Origin: Prorocentrum cordatum
Lineage: Eukaryota
Reading direction: 5' to 3'
Length of the DNA: 64,000 nucleotides
Assembly (NCBI GenBank): GCA_963575745.1
Contig: CAUYUJ010000124.1
Coordinates: 1-64,000 of the forward strand
The notes below the pieces were generated by a model. The model was not told where the DNA came from. It worked only from the letters and a program-made list of their open reading frames with translations, and ran no database searches. Positions 13,118 to 26,531 of the stretch are shown one piece after another. Each line of letters starts with the position of its first letter. Position 1 is the first letter of the stretch. The position numbers were made by a program, and so were the translations under genes.

Positions 13118-13207
13118 CTCATCCTCCGCCTCCTCTTCCTCCTCCTCCTCCTGCTCCTCCTCCTCCTCATCATCATCATCACCACCACCACCACCACCAC
13201 CACCATG

Positions 13208-13299
<92 letters not shown>

Positions 13300-13720
13300 C
13301 ATCCACCTCCACATCCTCATCCCTCCTCCCCCTCTTCTCCTCCTCCTCCTCCCTCCTCCTCCCGATGTTTCCCAGACTTAGATCGGATATCTTTGCGCTA
13401 TCCTCCTCCTCCTCCTTCTTCTCCTCCTCCTCTTCCTCCTCCTCCTATTCCTCCTCCTCTTTTTCTTGTTGTTCCTCCTCCTCCTCCCCCTTCTCCTCCT
13501 CCTCCTCCTCCTCCTCCTGCTCCTCCTCCTCATCATCCTTCTCCTCCTCCTCCTCCTCTTCCTCCTCCTCCTCATCCTCACTATGTTTTTCTGCTCCTGC
13601 TACTGCGCCTGCTACTGCTCCTCCTCCTCCTCCTCCTCCTCCTCGTCCTCCTCCTCCCTTCCTCCTCCCTCCTCCTCCTCCTCCTCCTCCTCCTCCTACT
13701 CCTCCTCCTCCTCCTCCTCA
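13118..13720 (+). repeat. Compound (CCT)n/(CAT)n/(CAC)n microsatellite
   Basis: Direct inspection. Confidence 0.95.
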
Positions 13721-13721
13721 T

Positions 13722-14641
13722 AACTTCTCCCTGTCCACCCCGAGGCCAATCTTAGGGCGGGCAGGGCGCTTCGCCCGAGATGTCCTCACCATGTATTACT
13801 CTTAAGCGTAAAAAGTGGCAGCAGCTTCACAGATGGAGGGCGGGTGGTTCTCACAATGTGGCTCTCGCCTCAGCGCCGCGCATACTCGTTGTAAAACTCA
13901 AGAGCTTCACGGATTGACGGCGGGTCGTTTTGAAAATGTGGCTCTCGCATTAGCGCCGCGCACACTCGATTTTCAATGTGCACGAGCTTCACGGATTGAG
14001 GGCGGGTCGGTTTCAAAATGTGGCCCTCGCCTTAGCGCCGCGCACGTTCGTTTTAAAAATTTGCACGAGCTTCACGGATTGAGGGCGGGTCGGTTTCAAA
14101 ATGTGACTCTCGCCTGGGCGCCGCGCACGTTCGTTTTAAAAGTGCAAGAGTTTCACGGATTGAGGGCGGGTCGTTTTCAAAATGTGGCTCTCGCCTTAGC
14201 GCTGCGAACATTCGTCTTAAACTGTGCAAGAGTTCCGCTGATTGAGGGCGGTTCCTTTTCAATATGTGGCTCTCGCCTTAGCGCCGCGCGCATTCGTTTG
14301 TACAATTTGCAAGCTTTTCACGGATTCCCATCATCAGCGTACAGGAAGTGGTTTTTGGGAAGGATTCAGGATGATGCGGGTGCAACAGTTATGTTGATTC
14401 GCTGTGTTGAAGTCCCAAAAATGGCACTCTGGCACGATTCAGGATCGTCAAGACGCAGCTGTCAAGTTGATATGTGGCGTCGAAATCCCAGCAATGCTTT
14501 GGCATGCTTCAGGATCTTCAAACGGTTGTCTTCCAACGAGGCCGATCCTTCAATGGAATGGACTGTGATAGGGGCCTACGAAGAGGGAGCTTGGAGGGAG
14601 ATTAATTCCAACCTCGTTGATGACCCTTGGATTTACACTGG
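13722..14641 (+). mobile_element. Non-autonomous element with internal ~82-bp tandem repeats, copy 1
   Basis: Head tctccctgtc...cgcccgagatgtcctcaccatgta, about 6 units of gagcttcacggattgagggcggg...aaaatgtggctctcgccttagcgccgcgcac, and a ~300-bp tail ending ...cactgg then (CCT)n. The same layout recurs at 17960-18794. Confidence 0.7.
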
Positions 14642-15044
14642 TCCTCCTCCTCCTCCTCCTCCTCCTCCACCTCCTCCTCCTCCTCCTCCTCTCCTCCTCC
14701 TCCTCCTCCCTCCCTCCCCCCCTCCCTCCCTCCCTCCTCCCTCCCTCCCTCCCTCCTCTCTCCTCTTCCCTCTCTCCCTCCCTCCTCCCCCAATACGCCC
14801 TCCTCCCTCATCCCTCCCACCTCCTCCCTCCTCAGCCTCCCTCCTACCCCATTCTACCTCCTCCCTCCTCTTTCCTCCCTCCTCCCTCCTCCCTCCTCCC
14901 TCCTTCCTCCCCCCTCTCCTCCTCCTCCTCCTCTCCTCCCTCCTCCTTCTCCTCCCCCTCCTCCCCTCCTCCTCCTCCTCCTCCTCTCCTCCTCCTCCTC
15001 CTCCTCCTCCTCCTCCTCCTCCTCATCATCATCATCATCATCAG

Positions 15045-15103
<59 letters not shown>

Positions 15104-15122
15104 GCATCATCATCATCATCAA

Positions 15123-15212
<90 letters not shown>

Positions 15213-15802
15213 GCTCATCATTATCATCATCACCACCACCATCATCATCATCAGCAGCAGCAGCAGCATCATCATCATCCGCCTCCTCCTCCTCCTCCTG
15301 CTCTCCTCTTGCTCCTCCTCCTCTTCCTCCTTCTCCATTCTCCATCCTCCATCCTGCATCCTCCATCCACCAGGTTCCCTCCTCCCTCATCCATCCTCAA
15401 TTCCTCCTCCTCCTCTTCCATCCTCCCTCCCCCCTCATATGTCTTCATACCTCCCTACTCCCTTGTCCCTCATCCCTCCTCCCTCATCACTCCTCCCTCC
15501 TCCCTTCCTCCCGCCTCCCTCCTTCCTCCTCCCCCCTTCCAGTCATCACTCCTCCCATCTCCATCCTCCCTCCTCCATCCTGCCGCTTCCCCCCTTCCTC
15601 TGCTCTCCTTCCTCCCCCTCCTTCCTCCCCCCATCCCTCATCCCTCATCCCTTCTCCCTCCTCCCTCCTTCCTCATCCCTCCTCCCCCCTCCCCCCGCCT
15701 CCTCCTCCTCCTCGTCATCCTCCTCATCCTCCTCATCCTCCTCCTCATCATCATCGTCATCATCATCAGCAGTAGCAGCAGCAGCATCCTCATCCTCAGC
15801 AG

Positions 15803-15834
<32 letters not shown>

Positions 15835-16187
15835 TCACCACAATCATCAGCATCATCATCAACTACACCACGATCATAAGCATCAACGTCAACATCAAAA
15901 TCACAACGTCATCGCCAGTCATCATCATCATAATCATCATCATCAGCAGCATCATCATCATCGGGCAGCACCACCATCATCGGCATCATCCTCATCATCA
16001 TCAAGTTCAGCATCACCAGCATCACCAGCATAGCCAGTGTCAACATCACCATCATCACCAACATCATCATAATCATCAACCTCGCCAGCATCCAAATCTA
16101 TACAATCATCAGCATCATAATCAGCAACATCGGTATCACCATCATCACCAACACCACAATCACCATCATCATCATCATCATCATCAG

Positions 16188-16222
<35 letters not shown>

Positions 16223-16849
16223 GCATCGTCATCGTCGTCAGTCTCACCATGCGCATCATCACAATCAATCGTCATCATGTGCAAAAACCGCATCATCACC
16301 GTCATCAAAATCATCAGCATCACCAGCAGAATCATCATCCTCATTAACTTCCACGTCCTCCACCTCCTCCTCCTCCTGCTCCTCCTCATCATATTCCTCA
16401 TCCTCCTGCTCCTCCTCCTCCTCATCATCCTCCTCCTCCTCCTCCTTCTCCTCCTCCTCCTCCTCCTCCTCCTCCTCCTCCTCCGCCTCATCCTCCTCCT
16501 CATCCTCCGCATTCTCCTCCTCCTCCTCCTCCTCCTCCTCCTCATCCTCCTCCTCCTCCTCCCGTGCACGGCCCCAGTTTGTCCCGACTCCGAAACGGAC
16601 ACCCAGGGCAATGGGAGCGCGCTGCCGCGGGTCGAAGCTCGCCCGCGCGCGCCTCCCCTGGCCCAGCGCCGACCCTGGCCAGCAACAGCAGCAACAGCAG
16701 CAGCAGAACCAGCACCACACCCTGCGCGCCAGCCCGCCAGCGCGCGCTGCCGTACCAGACAGCTCGCCGTCGCGGTGGCAGGCGCTTGGCGCGCAGTGCC
16801 GCTGCCGCCGCCCGCCCCGCGGATGTCCTCGTCGTCGTCCTTGTCGTCG

Positions 16850-16918
<69 letters not shown>

Positions 16919-16923
16919 GCATC

Positions 16924-16967
<44 letters not shown>

Positions 16968-16973
16968 CATCAG

Positions 16974-17011
<38 letters not shown>

Positions 17012-17018
17012 ACATCAG

Positions 17019-17062
<44 letters not shown>

Positions 17063-17084
17063 GCAGCATCAGCAGCAGAACCAG

Positions 17085-17165
<81 letters not shown>

Positions 17166-17891
17166 CGTCATCATCATCATCATCAGCAGCAGCAGCATCA
17201 TCAGCATCATCATCGTCATCATCATCAGCAGCATCAGCATCATCGTCGTCATCATCATCATCGTCGTCGTCGTCAGTCATCAGCATCATCATGTTCGTCA
17301 TCACTATCAACATCATCATCATCATCAGCAGCATCATCATCAGCATAATCATCATGAGCATTATCATCATCATCATCATCATCAGCAGCATCGTCATCAT
17401 CATCATCATCAGCACCACCACCATCATCGTCATCATCACCATAATCATCATCATCATCATCGGCAGCATCATCATCATCACCACGACCATCACCATCAGC
17501 ATCATCATCACCACCATCATCATCATCAGCATCATCATCATCAGCATGAGCAGCATCATCGGCAGCATCATCAGCATCAGCATCATAATGATCATCGTCA
17601 TCATCAGTATCATCACCATCACCATCACCATCATCATAATCAGCAGCAGCAGCAGTATCATCACGAGCATCACCATCATCATCATCACCATCATCATCAT
17701 CATAAGCACCATGATCATCATCCCCAGAACCACCATCATCATTAGCATCATTATCAGCATCGTCATCATCATCATCATCGTCATCATCATCAGCATCATC
17801 ATCAGCATCGTCATCATCAGCATCATCATCAGCATCATCATCAGCATCATCATTGTCTTCGTCTTCATCATCATCATCATCAGCATCAGCG

Positions 17892-17924
<33 letters not shown>

Positions 17925-17938
17925 GCATCATCATCACC
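14642..17938 (+). repeat. 3.3-kb compound (CCT)n/(CAT)n/(CAG)n microsatellite field
   Basis: Direct inspection. One GC-rich unique island lies at 16561-16830. Confidence 0.95.
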
Positions 17939-17959
17939 CAGTACGTTTCCACAAAAAAA

Positions 17960-18794
17960 CACAGTTTCTCCCTGTCGTTCCCCGGGGCTGGTCAGCGGGC
18001 TGGGCGTTTCGCCTGAGACTTCCTCACAATGTATGACCCTGACATGGAGGGCGGGTGGTTTTCAAAATATGGCTCTCGCCTTAGCACCACGCACACTCGC
18101 CATTCAAACGTTGCAAGAGCTTCACGGAATGAGGGCGGGCGGTTTTCAAAATGTAGCTCTCGACCCAGCGCCGCGCACACACGCTGTAAGAAGTGAGAGA
18201 GCCTCACGGATTGAGGGCACAGCTTGCAAGAGCTTCACGCATTAAGGGCCGGTGGTTTCCAAAATGTGTGTCGCGCCTTAGCGCCGCGCACATTCGCCTG
18301 CCAATGGTGCAAGGGCTTCACGGATTGATGGCAAGTCGTTGTCAAAATGTGGTTCTCGCTGTAGCGCCGCGCATATTGGTTGTTTAAAGTTTGCATGAGC
18401 TTCACGGATTGAGGGCGGGTGGTGTTCAAAATGGGGCTCTCGCCTTGGCGCCGCGTATATTCGTCTTGATTGCATGGTGAACGTACTCAAGTTTGCAAGA
18501 AGTTGACTGTCTCTCATGGTTGGCGTACCAAAAATATTTGTTTGACCGGTTCATGATTATCAGGGTGGAGCAGTTACGTTGATTCGCGGTGTTGGAGTCC
18601 AAGGAATGGTGTTCGGGCGCGATTCTGAACCGCCAAGTCCTCATAATCAGGTTAACTCGTGGCCTCGAAGTTCTGAGAATAATGTTTTGGCACGCTTCAG
18701 GATTTTACACGGTTGTCCCCCAACGGGGAAATTCTGTGGAAATGAACCCTTGTAGAGGCATATGTCGTTCATGGATCTTGGGTTGTCACTGGCT
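17960..18794 (+). mobile_element. Non-autonomous element with internal ~82-bp tandem repeats, copy 2
   Basis: Head, repeats and tail (gcagttacgttgattcgcggtgttg...ttggcacgcttcaggat...cactgg) align with 13722-14641. Confidence 0.7.
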
Positions 18795-20544
18795 CTCCTC
18801 CTACTCTTCTTCCTCCTCCTCCTCCTCCTCCATTCCTCGGTCTCTTCCTCCCCCATGTGTTACACAAGGGGGGTCCGCAATAGCTTGCGGAACACATGAC
18901 CCAATAGCGTGGAAAGACTTCGGCAGAATCGTTGGTCTTATAGGCGCTTCCAAGAGGCAGTGGGCGGAAGTGGTTCGCCGTAGGCGTCTTCGACACATCA
19001 CTCCGACATCGCTGGCACCACGACCTGCAGCAGGAGCTAGCAGGTGCGTGCACTCGGAAAGAGCTTGAAGACAACGCCAGCACTCCGATGTGCCGCGGGA
19101 GCGAGCGGGTGCGCTTGGAACGTCTTGGCAGCAACGCTGGCAACGCGACGTGCATCAAGAATGCGCGGGCACTCTCGGGGCGAGCTTCCTGGCAGCAACA
19201 ATGTCATCGCTACGTGCGGCGGGAGCGAGCGGGTACGCACGTGAGGCACATGGGAAGCGCACACGGGGGACACGTTAGAAGCGCCCACCAAGGGCGCATA
19301 GGAAGGTGGCACCGAGTAAACCAAGAGACCCTCGACACGCACCGAGCCGGGGAAAGGGCAACCAAATTGCGCAAGGCGCGAGTGCGACAACGTCACCTCC
19401 ACACGATGCATACGACGCGATGAGGGACGGAGTGCCACAAAGTGCCCCACACCGCTCGAATCGTATCCTGCTGTGCCCTGTCCAGTCCTGCCACCCGCAG
19501 AGGCCACGCAAAGGGCGCTTCAGATGCTGGCGAAACCCTGGCGTCATACGAGCGATGCCTTCACTTGGCGCGCCCCCTTCAAGAGAGGGCGGAGGCAGGC
19601 TCGACGGATTCCTTGCCGTCCTCAAGGCGCTTGGCATCATGCACGGGATGAACCGAAGCCTACCCACACCCGCGGCCCACTCTCATTGTTTCGCAAGCAA
19701 GGAAACAGCTGCCTGGCCTGCGATGGGATTCTTACCTGGCGTTCAAGCCTCGCGACTCACTGGAACATGGCGCTTTCCAGCAGGCATTTCTGCCATCTTC
19801 ACCTGTCTTGACGCAGATCCAATCCGACCCAGTCGTGCAAGGGGTCTGTGGCGTCTATCTACCTGCATCCATCCCTCAGTCCACTCTGCTTCCTCAATTA
19901 TTCCATGCTACGCTCCGTCGCTCTATCGTCCTGGTCCTTGTCCTCCTCCTCCTTCTCCTCCTCCTCCTCCTCCTCCTCCTCCTCCTCCCCCACCTCCTCC
20001 TCTTTTTCCTCATTCTCCTCCTAATCCTCCTCCTCCTTCTGCTCCTCCTCCTGCTCGTTGTCCTCCTCCCCCATCCTCCTCCTCCTCCGCCTCCACGTTC
20101 GCCTCCTCCTCATCCTCGTCCTCGTCCTGGTCTTCCTCTTCCTCCTCTCCTCATCCTCTGTTTCTCTCTCTCTCTCTCTCTCGCTTTCTCTCCCTCTCCC
20201 TCCCTTCATCTACGCCCATCTGCATACATGTAAAAGCAGATGTTGGTTAACACGAACCTACATACATATATACATGTAGAGAGAAATGTAAATATATTCC
20301 CTTTTCTATTTTTTTTATAATTCCGGGGGTGCGGACCCCCCCCACCGAAACGGGACCGTCCGGATCCGTGCCACGGGGGCGGCCGAAAATCCTTTCCAAG
20401 GCGTGCACGCAGGCGGGCGGCAGTGTCAAATCGGTCGGCGCAAGCCCACAGAGACACCCAAGACAGTCCCGGATAGCACCCGGGTAGCCTTGAAGACCCT
20501 CCGCGAGAGCCCCAAGACCGTTCCCAAAGGGGGCCCGAGAGAAC

Positions 20545-21243
20545 AAAATCATCGAATTTCCATTGGTTTTTCAATGTTTTTAGCGTCCTCGCTTTTTCCG
20601 GTTTCCGACGCTCCTGGACCGCCCAAGAAGCTCCCAAAACCGCCCCACAACGGCCCAAGAGGCTCCCAGAGCGCTCTGAGAAAGCCCCAAGACGGCCCAA
20701 GACGCGTCCGAGATGGCCCACGAACGTTCCAAGACGGCCCAAAGAGGAGCCCTGGGGGGGACCACGACCTGAAAATACTAGCCTCCCGCGACAAAAGAGC
20801 CCAAGGAAGCCCCAAGAGAGCTCCAAAGGGCCTCGGGAGGCCCCCTAAGTAGCTCCGGTGAGGCTCCAAAAAATTCAAAAATGTGACTTTCCCATTAGTT
20901 GTTCAATGTTTTCAGCGTCCTCGCTTTTTCGGGTTTCCCACGTTCCAAGACCGCCCAAGAACCCCCCAAAACCGCTCCACAACGGCCCAAGGAGCTCCCA
21001 GAGCGTCCTGAAAAGCCCCAAGACGGTCCAAGACGCGCCCCAAGATAGTCCAAGACGGCCCACGAACGCTCCGAGACGGCCCAAAGAAGGGCCCCAGAGA
21101 GGACCGGATAACTGAAAATACGAGCCTCCCGCCCCGAAAGGGCCCAAGGAGGCCCCAAGAGAGCTCCAAAGAGCTTCGGGAGGCTCCCTGGGAAGCTCCG
21201 GCGAAGCTCCAAAAAGCTTCCAAATCGTTAATTTTCCATTGGC
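20545..21243 (+). repeat. Two tandem ~335-345-bp units of a ccaagacggccc-rich element
   Basis: The unit start catt(g/a)gtt.ttcaatgttt..agcgtcctcgctttt occurs at ~20561 and ~20893, and a third starts at ~21237. Confidence 0.8.
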
Positions 21244-21730
21244 TTAAGCGGAGAAGGAGAAGGACTCCTCCTCCTCCTCCTCCTCCTCCTCCTCCTCCTC
21301 CTCCTCCTCCTCCTCCTCCTCCTCCTCCTCCTCTTTATCCTCTTCTTCCTCCTCCTCTCCTTCCGCCTCCTCCTCCTCCTCTTCCCTGTTCCTTCTCCTC
21401 CTCCTCCTCCTCCTCCGCCTCCTCATCCGCTCCTCCGTAAATGGAGCAAGCGAGCGCTGCTCAAGCGGATGCAGGAGGGCGCGACGGGCCCACAACAGCA
21501 ACCGTCAGACCGCTCCACAAGGCTCCGGGAGAACCCCCGCGAACCCACTCGAAGGGCTTCAGCGCCCCAAGGCGGCCCAGCGGCCCTCAAAAGGGGGTCC
21601 CGACGGCTCATAAGAGCCAAGCCGACCAACACCCTGCCCGTCAAACCCGCCGCCCTCGAAATCGCACCACTCCGCCGCCCCGCGCCCCCTTCATCTGATA
21701 TTCCCTGAAGAATATCCGCATTATGCTCAT

Positions 21731-21782
21731 AATCCCGGGTTCGCAACCAATTTCCCGGAAATTCGGTTGCGAACCCGGGATT
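21731..21782. other. 52-bp near-perfect palindrome
   Basis: aatcccgggttcgcaacc-aatttcc-c-ggaaatt-c-ggttgcgaacccgggatt. Confidence 0.9.
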
Positions 21783-22097
21783 CCAGCTGTTTCCCGCGCG
21801 GCCCCCACTCATATGCGCCATCCCATGCGCCCGCGGCCTCCAACTCGCAGTTTTGGCCCGTCCCAGGTTGATTGCCCCCCTTTCTGCTCTTCCTGCGCTT
21901 CTCCGAAGTACGAACCAGCGGACCGCGGCTCAAATGGAAAAAAGGATGGCACCACGGGCCAATCATTCCAAAGCTTCAAGGAACAAGGTGCATGGCGCGA
22001 AGCGCCAATGCAGCCTTGTATGTATAGATGTATATGTACATGTGTGTGTCTGGCTCTCTCTTCCTGTCTCTCCCTCTCTCTCTCTCTCGCTATCTCC

Positions 22098-22134
<37 letters not shown>

Positions 22135-25100
22135 AGCGTACATGTGTAAGTGTGCGCGTTCCTCCTCACCCCTCCACCCCTCAAAGCTGGACCCAAAATC
22201 CTCCACTCTTGTATTACGACACAAGCTTCGACCCGACCTCTGCCACTGTGGCACGGAAGACTCGCCAGTGCCCGTGAGGTGATCCGGAAGGGCACGCGCA
22301 ACGGAGGATCAAGAGGCGGTGGGAGACGATAGGAGCAGGCAAGACGGCAGAGGAGGACGTGGGGAAGGAGTGAGGAGCCCGAAGAAGAGCAGGAGAAACG
22401 CGGACCCGGACCGCCCCTAGAGACCTGCGCCCCCCCACCCAACAAAAAGAGCAGGAACGCGGAGCATCCCTCCGCCCATTCCTCCCCCGTTGTTCGTGCT
22501 CCACCCTGGCATCGCTGCCGAGGGCAGCTCCCTGACCGCACAGGCGGTTCAGCCGGAGGGACGGGAGGGCCGCCCCCCACACGAGGGCACGCCCTCGCCC
22601 AGCAGACCTCGCGGGGACAGCCGGCGGGCCAGCGCGTCCTGCTCGAGATCTCGACTGCCCGCGGTGGGGTGAGAAACTCGCGCCCCTGCACCACCCTCCC
22701 AACCCCCAGGGAGAAAAAAGGTGAGCGTGGCGATGGACTGCATGCCCTTTCTCTCACCCGCAGGCCCCTCTCGCGGTCACAACTTCTCCGCCGCACTTCT
22801 CGCGCGCTTCCACGAGAGACCGCCTCTGAGGCGTCTCTGCGCCTCCCTCGCTCCCTTCGTTATCTGCCCTCGATGGCCCACCAGCCCTCACGCGGACTGG
22901 ATCCGATTGCTTCCTCGTCATTGCCGCCACCTCCTTTTCCCTCCTCCGCCTACCCCTGGTCCTCCTGTTCCTCCCGTTCCTCCTGCTACTTTTTTGTTTT
23001 CCTCCTCCTCCTCCTCCTCCTCCTCCTCATCCTGCTTCCTCTTCCCCTCTCTTCGTCCTCTCCCCTCTCCCCTTCGCTCTGAACGCGCACAGCAATGCAA
23101 GGACCGATTATCCTCAAAACGTGCGCTGGCGCCAGCGTGTGCCCCGCCGCCGAAGTCTCGCTCGATGCGGCCGCCGCGAGGGACGACGCAGGCTGCGTGC
23201 TGCAGTGGAGACTCCCGCCAAGAAACGCCCTGCTTGCCTCCAGGGGGCCCTGGGTTCCCTGGGTCTCGACGGCTTTGCTCTGGAGGAGAGCGTGACGCCC
23301 CCACACCAAAGAGCAGTGGACGTCCTGGGGTCTCAGGGCTGGGTTTCTTGCGAAAGGTTTCATGTGGTCGAGCCCCTAAAGTATGGGCCGATGTGAAAAG
23401 GGTAGGACATACACACGTTGGGCCAACACACGTTCTGAGGATAATCGAAAGGAAGCCCTGCCCCGATCCCAAGGGGACCCGTTGAAAAACGAGCTCCAGC
23501 ACCATCAACGACGCACCATCAAGAAGAGGGTCCGCTGCTCTACACTCAGCGAGCCCCTCGGTTCCCCAAAACACGACGCTCGGAGAAATGGCAGCGAATG
23601 CACGTCGTGACGCATGAGCAGTATAGTCGGCCTCGGCACAATCATGAACACCAAGATGGTGCAAAGCCCTCAGCCTACAAACTGTGCACCTTCCACCTCG
23701 ACCTGCAACAGATCCTGGACACGCAAGCCCAATATAATCTGCACGAGGCAGCACACACGATGGCATTAAACATGACAACGACGACGCAGGCCCCACTCGG
23801 TTGGCTCAAGACAGCCACACAGACACACAGCCGATATGTGCTCTCAGGACTAACATACGACTGAACAGAGGAAGCTCACATATGACACCGCGGTACCCGT
23901 GCCGATGCCAGCGCTATGCTATGCCAAGGGCGTCCCCTCCGGCCGCATTCCAGGAGACGCCCCACGCAGCAGCCAGCTAGTCTGGAACAGCGGCCAACGA
24001 AGGCTATGCCAGCCGAGTTCCTCGCAGGTCTCTCGAGACTGCGTCCGCAGACCTGGCACGTACCGAATCCCGCGTGCCAAGGGCGCCCGGCTTGAACGAC
24101 GACTTCAAGCCGTCAGACTGTCGACCCACAACCAAACCCCACTCCCGTCGGAAACTCCTTCGCAGGGCTGCAGGCTGCGGTGTCAGAACGCACATGTTCA
24201 AGGAGCGTATGGAAAGGCATCTCGACAAAGCGGCAGGGTAAAGGGAAAAGAGCCATGGTAAGCGGCAAAGCAAGCACAGACAAAACCCCCACGGCCGACG
24301 ATCTTGGGAAAGCACATTGTGAGGCCTCCAGGTAAGCTTCATGTAATCTTCTCAGGGGCACCCCCCCCCTCGAAGCGCTCTGCTGCGCATCGCCCCCTCC
24401 CTTCAAAACGATATAGACAAAAAGAGAGAGAGAGAGAGAGAGAGAGAAAACAAAAAAACAAAAAAAACGAGGCCATGCTCCCTCGTAGAAACGATGTGCT
24501 CGCGGCTCCAAGGCCACGACCTCTGGCAAAACCCGAGACGGCCGAGGCAGGCCACCCGGGCCACCAGGACGGAGCCAGGTGCCTCCAAGACGGCCCGCGA
24601 TGGCCCCAAGACGGCTCCACGATGGCTTCTGAGGCGGCCCCAGAGAGGCCCCCAGGACGGTCCAAGATGAAGGGGCCCCAGGACACACAAATAAATACAC
24701 ACAAATAAAGATATTCTCCATATTTTGCCATATTTTCTGGATTTTTGTCTTCCCCCCCACTTCCAATAGTTTCCCATATTTTCTGGGGAGTCGACGATTA
24801 ATTGTGCCTGTGTGTTTTTTCCCTCCTGACAAGAGGCCACAGTAGAACTTGCGGGAGGGCCCGACGAGGCCCGGTTGTTGGAAGAGCTTCGCGTCTTCCC
24901 CTCTCCGGGCTTCCTTCAGCTCGGGACGGCCCTGGACACCTCGGAGATGGCCCCAGGACTGCCCGAAGGCCCCCAGACTGGCGCAATGAACCCTCCAAGA
25001 CGGCCCCAAAACGGCCCGAGAGAGGAGGGCCCGCAGACGGCCCAGGACGCTCCAGGAAGGCATCAAGAAAGCCCCACGCTGCCCCAGAGAGCCTCCGGAA

Positions 25101-25975
25101 GGACCCAAGACGGCCCTAGCGGGCCCACGGCTGCCTCAAGAGACCTCCCAGGCGGCCAGGGATGTTTCAATACGGCACATCCCCCAAACGGCCCACAAGG
25201 GCCCCAAGACGACATAAAAGGGTCCAAAGAACCCCAAGACTTCCCCACGGGAACAGCTCCAGGACGGCCCCACTGAGCCCATCCTCAACATAATGACCAT
25301 CAATACATTCCATCTCGCACGCGTCCGCTACGATCGTCCTCCTCCTTGTTTTCCTCCTTCTCCTCCTCCTCCTCCTCCTCTTCCTCGTTTTCCTCCTCCT
25401 CCTCCTCCTGCTCCTCCTCCGCCCCCTCCTCCTCTTCCTCCTCCTCCTCCGGTCCTCCCCGTACTCGCCCACCTGATCCCCTTCCTTCTCATCGTCTCCT
25501 TTATCCTCCTAGTCCACCCCAGGACGACCAGTAATGATCCAGAGTTAACTGAAGACGGGCGAAGCATTGAACGGCATTCTGAGCGTTATTCGAACCGTCA
25601 ACGGACACTGTACCTCAAACGCCACTCGACCCAAATGTTACAGCCTTCTGCCACCCCTCGAGCACTTGCATCCGAGAGCGCTGGGCTGGCACGGTGGCAG
25701 GACTTGCCGCAGGCAGCTGGGTGCAGCACGGTCAGGATGCACCAAGCCATCATGCGTCCCAGTATCATGTCAAACCACATGGTTTTGTAACAAAAACAAG
25801 CGTCAAACACCGTCCTCCAGCTACGAGCCCATAAAAGGACACTCCCCCAAAATAAGCACACATAATCTCAGACCCACACACACACACACATGCACACTTT
25901 TTGCGTCGGCGGCTGGGCAGAGGGCGACTGCTCCGGCGGATAAGCAACAGGGGACACGCTGTATGCAAACCAGTG

Positions 25976-26006
<31 letters not shown>

Positions 26007-26352
26007 TTGGCGTCACGACCCTGCGCGCGGCGACAAGGCGTAGAAGGTCGGAAAACAATGGGGACCGCACGTCTACGCCCTGGCGAGCACTCCGAGACCA
26101 CTTGGGGCCTCGCAGCCGCCAACAGCAATAACCATCTGGGCATGGGCGGCGGGAAGGGGGCGGTGAGCAGACGAATCGACAATGAGGTGGAAGGTGCCAT
26201 GAGCCAACCGGGACTGGAAGGAGGGGAGAACGAGTAAACCGAGTGGACCGACAAGGAGATTCCCAGAAACGCCAGGGAAAGCTGGAGGAGCAGCCAGGGC
26301 TGGCCCCCCGAGGGGGGGGCGGCAGTGAGCGAAACATGCGCACACAGTCACA

Positions 26353-26434
<82 letters not shown>

Positions 26435-26445
26435 CACACACACAG

Positions 26446-26530
<85 letters not shown>

Positions 26531-26531
<1 letters not shown>

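Noticed and set aside
13815..17348. 1177-aa ORF and other long poly-H/S/P/L/V/Q ORFs
   Set aside because: They are translations of stop-free microsatellites and non-coding tandem repeats.
19420..19480. DGVPQSAP as RT motif B
   Set aside because: It is an isolated weak match with no neighbouring RT motifs.
23801..23810. TTGGCTCAAG as a second spliced-leader relic
   Set aside because: Only the last 10 nt match and the upstream bases do not, so chance is plausible.
23400..24300. Possible non-LTR retrotransposon C-terminal relic
   Set aside because: The sequence is complex, but I found no convincing RT, CCHC or endonuclease motif. It needs a profile search.
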